From an uncultured delta proteobacterium (GTDB lineage: Bacteria; Desulfobacterota; Binatia; UBA9968), in assembly GCA_963737905.1 (NCBI GenBank), contig CAVTUQ010000025.1, positions 192,001-256,000 on the forward strand: DNA of 64,000 nt, written 5' to 3'. Of this stretch, positions 57,020 through 64,000 are shown in pieces. Under the pieces are notes generated by a model, which was given only the letters and a program-made list of their open reading frames with translations, was not told the origin of the DNA and did no database searches. A program made the translations under genes and the position numbers. The stretch's first letter is position 1. Each line of letters begins with the position of its first letter.

Positions 57020-58858
57020 ATGCGCCCAACGAGAGACACTCGCCAGCTTACTTGGCTCCTAGCGTGGGCCGTCGTTTTCTGCGACATCGGGACTTCCGTC
57101 TATTACGTCCCCGGGATCCTCTACGGTCATGTCAAAAATGCAACTCCGTTTTTTGTCCTGCTGACCACCGGTGGGTTCGTTCTCCTCGCCCTCAAATACA
57201 TCGAAATCTCATGGCGCAATCCGGAAGGGGGCGGGGTGGTGACCATCACCACGAAAGCATGCGGCCCGATGTGGGGCTGCTTGGGCGGGATGCTCATTAC
57301 GGTAGATTATTTTCTTACCACGGCGATCTCCGCAGTTTCAGGCTTTCAATATATCGGCAGCGCCTTTCCCAGTCTCGACAACTACATCGTCATCCTCTCC
57401 TGTATCGGAGTCGGCATTCTAGCCGCGCTGAACATCATTGGCATCCGGGAAAGCGCCACCGCTGCCCTGATTATGGCATCGACGGCGTTTGTGGCCAATC
57501 TCATAGTCATCGGCGCCGCCTTCTTCACCATGAACGCCGAACAATGGCAGGCCGTCCTGAACAACCTCAGCATAGGAAGAGAAGTTTCGTCCTACGAACT
57601 TGTCGTCGGCTTCGGTGCCGCATGGCTAGCCTTCTCAGGGCTGGAAAGTATCAGCCAATTGAGCCCGGCCATGCGTTTGCCGTTGCGTCGTACGACGCGC
57701 TTCGCTATGACCGCCGTTATCATCACGATTCTCATCACCTCGCCGGTCCTCACTGCGTTGTCCGTTGGACTACTGCCGGATCAGGTCAAGGCAACCCAAA
57801 GCGAGCGCTTCATCTCCGAGCTAGGATGGATCATCGGCGGCCTCGGGCTGAAAATAGCTGTGGTACTGACGGCATCGAGCCTCCTCTTGTTCGCATCGAA
57901 CACGGCAATCATCGGTTCGTATCATGTTTTTCTGGCGCTCTCGCGGCAAGGTTTTCTGCCGAAAATCCTGGAGCTGCGCAATCGCGCCTTCAATACTCCC
58001 CACATTGCGGTTTTGATCGCTACCTCCGTCCCGGCGCTGCTCATTCTACTGACGAAGGGGCAGTTACTCCTTCTTGGAGACATGTATGCTTTCGGTCTGC
58101 TGGGCGCGTTTTTCTTCTCGTCGCTCAGTTTGGATCTCATTCGCTGGAGATTGGGGCGGCGGGATTTGGGCTTTTGGATCGGAGTGCTGACTACGCTCAT
58201 GGTTATGGTGGCGTGGGGCATTAATCTAGTCGAAAAACAACTCGCAACCTATTTCGGTGGTGCGGTCACACTCATCGGCATGCTCACCGCTATTGGAGTG
58301 CGCCGGGCATGGTTCGTCGATATGCTCGCCCGGATTCCGTTTATCCAGCGGCTTCAGGCCCGGGCCTATCGCGCATCCGAAAATCTGGTGGAAGATGAAC
58401 TCAAGGGACTCATGACCCTCGCCGAAGCCGTGGAGGTTAAACCCCTTTATTCCTCTTCGACGCTGTTAGCACTGCGCGATGAGAGTCCGCGGCTGATTCA
58501 GGAAGGGATTATCCGGGCGAAAGGCAAGGGAGAGTCCGCGCTGTATTGTATCTATGTCGAGGAGTGGCCCGGACTGTTCGCCGGAACGACGCCCCACGCG
58601 CCGAACGAAGAAGGCGTCGAGACGCTAAAAGCGGTCCTTCAAGCCGTGCGGGAAAGACAGATCGAAATAATCCCGATCTGGACGGTATCGCACAACGCAG
58701 CCGAAGCCATCGCCCATGCGGCGAAGGAGCTCGATGTCGACGCCGTAATTATCGGCGTCACACGCCGTTCGGCTTTTTATCACATGCTGCGGGGACACGT
58801 GGTGAAGGGGCTCATGAAAAGGCTACCCCGCGATTGCCACCTCATGATCTGTAATTAG
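57020..58858 (+). CDS. APC-superfamily permease with a C-terminal USP-like domain (KimA-like)
   Basis: DIGTSVYY, PEGGG, AFSGLESI, MYAFG and a C-terminal AEAIAHAAKELDVDAVIIG. Confidence 0.85.
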   Translation: MRPTRDTRQLTWLLAWAVVFCDIGTSVYYVPGILYGHVKNATPFFVLLTTGGFVLLALKYIEISWRNPEGGGVVTITTKACGPMWGCLGGMLITVDYFLTTAISAVSGFQYIGSAFPSLDNYIVILSCIGVGILAALNIIGIRESATAALIMASTAFVANLIVIGAAFFTMNAEQWQAVLNNLSIGREVSSYELVVGFGAAWLAFSGLESISQLSPAMRLPLRRTTRFAMTAVIITILITSPVLTALSVGLLPDQVKATQSERFISELGWIIGGLGLKIAVVLTASSLLLFASNTAIIGSYHVFLALSRQGFLPKILELRNRAFNTPHIAVLIATSVPALLILLTKGQLLLLGDMYAFGLLGAFFFSSLSLDLIRWRLGRRDLGFWIGVLTTLMVMVAWGINLVEKQLATYFGGAVTLIGMLTAIGVRRAWFVDMLARIPFIQRLQARAYRASENLVEDELKGLMTLAEAVEVKPLYSSSTLLALRDESPRLIQEGIIRAKGKGESALYCIYVEEWPGLFAGTTPHAPNEEGVETLKAVLQAVRERQIEIIPIWTVSHNAAEAIAHAAKELDVDAVIIGVTRRSAFYHMLRGHVVKGLMKRLPRDCHLMICN

Positions 58859-59022
58859 GCGTTCACAACAATGTAGCCATCCGGAATGGCAACTCAAACC
58901 TTCTTCGCTGGTCTGGGCGGATTCCTCAATCAGCCGATGCGCCTCCTCGATGCCGAGGAATCGATCGATCATTGAATGAGCCACGCTTCATTACATTCTC
59001 TATCGTGTTCGAAGCAAACTCG

Positions 59023-60756
59023 TTAGCTCACGGCCGCGGGCCGCGCATCGACGATTTTGAGATCGACGGTAGTCGTGCCGTTCCATTCGTTTTCGCTCAG
59101 TCGATAAGCCAGATCCACCGTCACGCCCGATGCCGCGAGAAAATCGTCGCCGGCTCCGAACGCCACTCCTCCGATCACGCGCCCGCCATGGCGAAAACGG
59201 AACCGTACGCCCGCGGAGAAGGGTTTGCGGTCGCAAACCTCGACCCTTTCCGTCATAAATAAAGGCTCAGGATTGCCGACTCCAAAGGGCTTCAGACATT
59301 CCAGCTCGCGTAACAATGGAAACCCGATTTCGGAAAAATTGAGAAGTGCGTCGACTTCAACCAACCGTAACAGATCCTCCGGCTGTAAGAATTCCCGGGC
59401 GACACTTTCGAAAGCTTCAGCAAAGAGCCCGAAGTTTGTTTCTTTGATCGATAGCCCGCCGGCGTGCTCATGCCCGCCAAATTTGTCCAAATGGTCTGCG
59501 CAACGACGAAAACCCTCGACCATATGGAAACCGCGGATGCTTCGGGCCGAGCCTTTCCCCTGTCCAGAGTCAAATCCAATGACCACGGTGGGCCGATAAA
59601 ATCTCTCCACGATCCGCGACGCAACGATACCCAAGACACCGGGGTGCCACCCCTCGCCGCCTAACACGAGGGAATGAGGCGCCCTGTCATCAAACCGGGC
59701 CTGCGCCTGCGTCAAGACCTGCTCCAACACCTCCGCTTCGATGGCGCGTCGCTCACGATTGTGCGCGTCCAACTCATGGGCGATGCGCTGAGCGATTTCA
59801 CTGGAATGGGTCGTTAACAATTCCACGACTTTAATCCCATAATCCACTCGTCCCGCAGCATTGATGCGCGGGCCCAGCTGAAATCCAACCTGTCCCGCAG
59901 TCACTTCGCCCGGCGCGATGTTGGCCACTTGTTTGAGCGCCACGACGCCGGGACGCGTGGAACCGCCCAGTTCCCAAAGGCCACGCCGGATCAAGGTTCG
60001 ATTGACGCCTTGCAGCGGCACCATGTCCGCTATGGTTCCCAAGGTAACGATGTCAAGGTAGCGACGGATGTCGGGATCCCCGGAACCCGTGAACCAACCT
60101 ATTTCACGCAATTTTGCGCGCAGGCCGATGACAAGATAAAACGCCAATCCCGCCGCACAAAGCCCCTTATCCGGAAACTGGCAATCCCGCCGGTGCGGAT
60201 TGATGACGGCCACCGCAGGAGGAAGCTCGTCTGGCGGCTGGTGGTGATCCACCACTACGACGTCGAGCCCAAAGCCTCGCGCCGCATCGATTTCATCGGC
60301 ATTTGAAATACCGCAATCAACCGTCACGACCAAACTAGCTCCACGCTGTCTGAGACGTCTCAGCCCTTCGATATTTAAACCATAGCCTTCCTCGATCCGA
60401 TGGGGAACGTGATAAATAGGCTCCGCTCCGATCTCTCTCAAGAACGAGACCAACACTGAGGCTCCGGTCGTGCCATCGACGTCGTAGTCCCCCCAAATCC
60501 CGATGAGTTGTTGCTGCTTGATTGCATGGACGATACGTTCCACCGCCGGTTCCATATCGGTCATGGTAAAGGGAGACGGCAGATCGGAGCGAAGGCTCGA
60601 AGTGAGATAGCGCTTGGCGGAGTCTGGGTCAGCGAGCCCCCGCAAAACCAACAGGCGTGCCAATAGAGGAGACAATTTAAGCTGTTCGGATTGGCGCGCG
60701 ACGATTCCTTCATCGGCTCTTTTGAGGATCCAACGTTTGGAAAGATCGCTTGGCAT
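59023..60756 (-). CDS. recJ: Single-stranded-DNA-specific exonuclease
   Basis: GDYDVDG, TVDCG, DHH, GPRINAAGR, GSARS, FGGH and PFGVGNP. Confidence 0.97.
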   Translation of the reverse strand: MPSDLSKRWILKRADEGIVARQSEQLKLSPLLARLLVLRGLADPDSAKRYLTSSLRSDLPSPFTMTDMEPAVERIVHAIKQQQLIGIWGDYDVDGTTGASVLVSFLREIGAEPIYHVPHRIEEGYGLNIEGLRRLRQRGASLVVTVDCGISNADEIDAARGFGLDVVVVDHHQPPDELPPAVAVINPHRRDCQFPDKGLCAAGLAFYLVIGLRAKLREIGWFTGSGDPDIRRYLDIVTLGTIADMVPLQGVNRTLIRRGLWELGGSTRPGVVALKQVANIAPGEVTAGQVGFQLGPRINAAGRVDYGIKVVELLTTHSSEIAQRIAHELDAHNRERRAIEAEVLEQVLTQAQARFDDRAPHSLVLGGEGWHPGVLGIVASRIVERFYRPTVVIGFDSGQGKGSARSIRGFHMVEGFRRCADHLDKFGGHEHAGGLSIKETNFGLFAEAFESVAREFLQPEDLLRLVEVDALLNFSEIGFPLLRELECLKPFGVGNPEPLFMTERVEVCDRKPFSAGVRFRFRHGGRVIGGVAFGAGDDFLAASGVTVDLAYRLSENEWNGTTTVDLKIVDARPAAVS

Positions 60757-60825
60757 CGAATTAAAGCCGGGGTGAGAGATCGGAAGTCAGACGTTAGAGG
60801 GAGGTTCTCTGGTAAACGTTCGTTG

Positions 60826-61791
60826 TTATTTCGCCGGGGTGTTCTTCGCTCTGACTTCTGCCTTTTGCACTCTACTTTCTGCAACCGGCGTTCGCTTCCT
60901 GGCGCCCTTTTCCCAGAAAAGGATGACCGGGCTCGCGATAAAAATCGTCGAGTAGACACCGGAAAAAAAGCCAATAAGCAGCGCGAACGCAAAAGGCCGG
61001 ATAACGGCTCCCCCGAGGAAGTAAAGTGCGAAAAGTACCATCAGCGCTGTACCGGTCGTCAGAATCGTCCGGCTCAAGGTTTCGTTAATACTCGTGTTGA
61101 TAATATTTTCCAGGCTGTCCCGTTTGATCTTGCGCATATTCTCCCGGATACGGTCGCACACCACGACGGTGTCGTTTACGGAAAAGCCCACAATGGTAAG
61201 CAAAGCGGCGACGATCGTGAGATCAAACTCGTAACTGGCCAGCATTAATGCCCCGACCGTGATCAGGACATCGTGAATCAATGAGATCACGGCCCCGATG
61301 CCGAACCTGAGCTCGAATCGAAACCAGATGTAGATGCCCATCATAATCGTGGCGACGATGACCGACATGACCCCCCGGTAACGCAAGTCTTCGCCGATCT
61401 TGGGCCCGACGGATTCAATACGGCGGATTTCAAACTTTTCAGCGCCGAATTGATCGGCAAGAGCCTTCTTGATCTGTTCCCCCAGGGCACCCAGCTCCAC
61501 AGACGTCTTGTCTAAGCGAACAAGGTATTCATTGGCTCCTTGCTGGCCGAAATCCTGGATCACGCTACCACCCAGGTTGATGCTCTCAAACGCTCGACGG
61601 ATATCGGGTATGGCAACCTTCTGCTGAAACTTCAACTGCACCATCGTGCCGCCCGCGAAATCAACCCCCAGATTAGGTCCCTTTGTAAACAACATGATCA
61701 GGACGGCTAGGTTGACGACGGTGGAGAGGATAACGGCGATCCTGCGATAACTCGTGAACGGGATGCGGGTTCCAGGCTTGATAACCTCCAT
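60826..61791 (-). CDS. secF: Protein translocase subunit SecF
   Basis: GVDFAGG, VGPKIG, GFSVNDTVVVCDRIRE and TLSRT. Confidence 0.96.
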   Translation of the reverse strand: MEVIKPGTRIPFTSYRRIAVILSTVVNLAVLIMLFTKGPNLGVDFAGGTMVQLKFQQKVAIPDIRRAFESINLGGSVIQDFGQQGANEYLVRLDKTSVELGALGEQIKKALADQFGAEKFEIRRIESVGPKIGEDLRYRGVMSVIVATIMMGIYIWFRFELRFGIGAVISLIHDVLITVGALMLASYEFDLTIVAALLTIVGFSVNDTVVVCDRIRENMRKIKRDSLENIINTSINETLSRTILTTGTALMVLFALYFLGGAVIRPFAFALLIGFFSGVYSTIFIASPVILFWEKGARKRTPVAESRVQKAEVRAKNTPAK

Positions 61792-61801
61792 CGTTTTCCT
61801 C

Positions 61802-63403
61802 TCAGACGCTGATTCGGTCGAGCCTTCGCCCGGCGATCCGAGCGTCATAGTAGATCCGGGTCAAATAGACCGCCGTTAACACCGTCGTGATAATGCCGAC
61901 GCAGAGGGTAACGGCAAAGCCTTTGATCGGCCCCGTACCAAACTGAAACAAGATGACGCCCGACAGAAACGTCGTCACGTTCGAGTCCAGGATCGCCGGC
62001 AGCGCGTTTTGATAGCCCGCCTCGATGGCGGAGCGAGGAGCTCGCCCTGTCCTCAGTTCTTCGCGGATGCGTTCGTTGATCAACACGTTGGCATCAACGG
62101 CCATGCCGATGGTGAGCACGATCCCCGCGATGCCGGGAAGGGTCAAAACCGCTTGGAATCCCGCCAAGATCGCCAGCATGTAAAATATGTTAAAAATCAC
62201 CGCGACAACGGCCACCAATCCGGCGCCCTTGTAATAGGCGAACATAAAGACGAAAACCAAGGCGCCACCAACGACAAAGGATGTGATCCCTTGACGGATG
62301 GAGTCCTGCCCGAGGGAAGGTCCGACGGTTCGCTCCTCAACGATCTCCACCGGCGCCGGTAGAGCACCCGCGCGTAAAACAATCGCCAGATCCCGCGCCT
62401 CCTTGATGTCAAAGCTACCGGTAATGGACGCTCTGCCGCCACCGATCCGTTCCTGGATGACCGGTGCTGAATAAACTCGATTGTCGAGCACGATCGCTAG
62501 ACGCCGCTTGACATTGGCCGCAGTGATCTGCTCGAAAAGCCGGGCGCCGGTAGAATTCAGGATCAGCTCTACATAGGGTCCTTGCAATTGAGAACTCGGT
62601 CGCACGCGGGCATCAGTAATATATTCACCGGTCATCAACGTGCGGGATTCCACCACGTAGGGAGTCTTCTCTCCCCCCACACCGCCTTCTCCCTTGCCGG
62701 CGTAGCCGTATAAAATTTGGCGACCGGGCGGCGGCCCGTTTTTTAGCGCGTCTTCAAGGTTAGCGGTGTCATCCACCAGTTTGAATTCGAGCAAGGCGGT
62801 CTTGCCGATGATCTCCTTCGCTCTTTCGGAATCCTGAATGCCGGGGAGCTGGATCAGGATATCTTGCTGCCCCTGACGCTGGATGATCGGCTCGCTGACC
62901 CCGAATTGGTCGATACGATTTCGAATAGTCTCCAACGACTGGTCTACGGCATAGTCCCGCAGGGAACGGATTTCCTCTTTACTGAGGGTCAAGAAAAAGT
63001 CCGAGGTCCCGCCGCTGGTTTGAGTATTGACCAGGGTGAGGTTTGGGAAATCGCTCTTTAACAATCCCCGCACGCGCTCGACGCTGGCTGCCGGGGCTTT
63101 AACTTGAAGCTGGGTACCCTCTACCCTCTCCACCGATACGCCTGAGATCCCTCGCTCACGTAGCACGTTAGTGAGATCGGTTTTGATCCGCTCGACATTG
63201 TTCTCGATTGCTTTGTCCACCTTCACCTCGAGAACCAGATGGCTACCGCCTTGAAGATCCAATCCCAAGTGAATCCGGTCCGTCGGCAAAAAGCTACTCC
63301 ACCAAGACGGCAGATTGCGCACTAATGTGGGCGTTAGATACACTAACGAAGCCAGAGTCGCGACCATAAACAACGCCAGTCGAACCGCCACACCCCGTCG
63401 CAT
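61802..63403 (-). CDS. secD: Protein translocase subunit SecD
   Basis: LGLDLQGG, RNRIDQFGVSEP, VGPSLG and GMAVDANVLINERIREE. Confidence 0.97.
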   Translation of the reverse strand: MRRGVAVRLALFMVATLASLVYLTPTLVRNLPSWWSSFLPTDRIHLGLDLQGGSHLVLEVKVDKAIENNVERIKTDLTNVLRERGISGVSVERVEGTQLQVKAPAASVERVRGLLKSDFPNLTLVNTQTSGGTSDFFLTLSKEEIRSLRDYAVDQSLETIRNRIDQFGVSEPIIQRQGQQDILIQLPGIQDSERAKEIIGKTALLEFKLVDDTANLEDALKNGPPPGRQILYGYAGKGEGGVGGEKTPYVVESRTLMTGEYITDARVRPSSQLQGPYVELILNSTGARLFEQITAANVKRRLAIVLDNRVYSAPVIQERIGGGRASITGSFDIKEARDLAIVLRAGALPAPVEIVEERTVGPSLGQDSIRQGITSFVVGGALVFVFMFAYYKGAGLVAVVAVIFNIFYMLAILAGFQAVLTLPGIAGIVLTIGMAVDANVLINERIREELRTGRAPRSAIEAGYQNALPAILDSNVTTFLSGVILFQFGTGPIKGFAVTLCVGIITTVLTAVYLTRIYYDARIAGRRLDRISV

Positions 63404-63407
63404 TCTC

Positions 63408-63740
63408 TTACTCCTTTACTTCTTTGGAACTTTTCTCGCCGGTGACGACGGCTGAGATTTGAGGCCGGTGAACACGGATCCGCACGTTTGGAGCCACTTC
63501 CAAAGTCACCACGTTATCCGCCAGAGCCACTACCTTACCGTAAATTCCTCCCGAGGTCATCACCTCGTCGTTTTTTTTGAGCTTGTTAAGCATCTCCTGA
63601 TGCTCTTTCCCCTTCTTTTGCTGCGGTCGGATGACCAAAAAATACATAATGACGAAGATCAAAATGAACGGTAGTATCGTCATCACCGGGCTGGGCCCTG
63701 TCAGTCCCGGTGCCGTTTGGGCATAGGCGATGTCCCACAT
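63408..63740 (-). CDS. yajC: Preprotein translocase subunit YajC
   Basis: YFLVIRPQQK and EVMTSGGIYG. AGGAGG RBS. Confidence 0.95.
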   Translation of the reverse strand: MWDIAYAQTAPGLTGPSPVMTILPFILIFVIMYFLVIRPQQKKGKEHQEMLNKLKKNDEVMTSGGIYGKVVALADNVVTLEVAPNVRIRVHRPQISAVVTGEKSSKEVKE

Positions 63741-63758
63741 GCTTCCTCCTGTTAAATT

Positions 63759-64000
63759 CTAGACGGCTTGCAAAATATCGGCGGTCTCTCGGCTCCAGAA
63801 ATCTGTACGCCCTCGCCGCATAGCCTCACGACACCTTTCCATAAGCCGATGGTAAAAGTAAAGATTGTGCAAGCTATTGAGCTGGGATGAAAGAATTTCT
63901 CCGGCCACGTACAGATGGCGCAAGTAGGCCCGAGAGAAGTTGCGACAGCAGTAGCAATCGCAGGTCTCATCCAGCGGGCGCGGATCGCTGGCAAATTCGG
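63759..64000 (-). CDS. tgt: Queuine tRNA-ribosyltransferase, 3' end only
   Basis: Manual translation EFASDPRPLDETCDCYCCRNFSRAYLRHL...HNLYFY (Zn motif). Canonical tgt-yajC-secDF order. Confidence 0.93.
   Translation of the reverse strand, partial: EFASDPRPLDETCDCYCCRNFSRAYLRHLYVAGEILSSQLNSLHNLYFYHRLMERCREAMRRGRTDFWSRETADILQAV

Noticed and set aside
57052-58224. 390-aa same-strand alternative-frame ORF inside the APC permease
   Set aside because: Arg/His/Ser-rich composition typical of off-frame reading of a GC-rich membrane-protein gene, with no motifs.
1-64000. CRISPR arrays, rRNA genes and IS transposases
   Set aside because: No regularly spaced repeats, rRNA-like sequence or transposase ORFs were seen.

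Overview
A 64-kb chromosomal segment from a diderm bacterium. Gene style suggests a deltaproteobacterial-grade lineage such as Candidatus Binatia/Binatota, which is inference only. Housekeeping blocks are pyrE/pyrR with two hydrolases, divergent glnS/gltX with tRNA-Gln and tRNA-Glu, and tgt-yajC-secD-secF-recJ. Between them lie five accessory blocks. (1) About 4.2-16.4 kb: an AT-richer lipid/signalling locus with two FabF-like ketosynthases, an ACP, a FadL-like channel, an excisionase-type HTH regulator, a multi-TM/GAF sensor kinase, an unusual pseudo-receiver/pseudo-AAA+/DHp fusion, an NtrC-type activator, and a sigma54 promoter driving a hybrid kinase and a Cys/His-rich hypothetical. (2) About 20.5-25.9 kb: a Ralstonia phcBSR-like methyltransferase/kinase/regulator triad. 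(3) A hopanoid cluster (ispA, squalene synthase, shc, hpnG, hpnB, hpnA, hpnH). (4) A catabolic block (tandem ThDP enzymes, class II aldolase, MmgE/PrpD, CmcJ/NvfI-like oxygenase, cupin). (5) Archaeal-type topoisomerase VI genes, an amidase and SBPs, an intergenic DnaA-box pair and an ExeA/HAMP pair. The best candidate for an undescribed system is locus (1), read as a putative fatty-acid-derived signal synthesis, import and sensing circuit, possibly linked to the PhcBSR-like locus. No CRISPR array, rRNA or intact mobile element was seen. All product calls come from motif recognition by eye, with no database searches.
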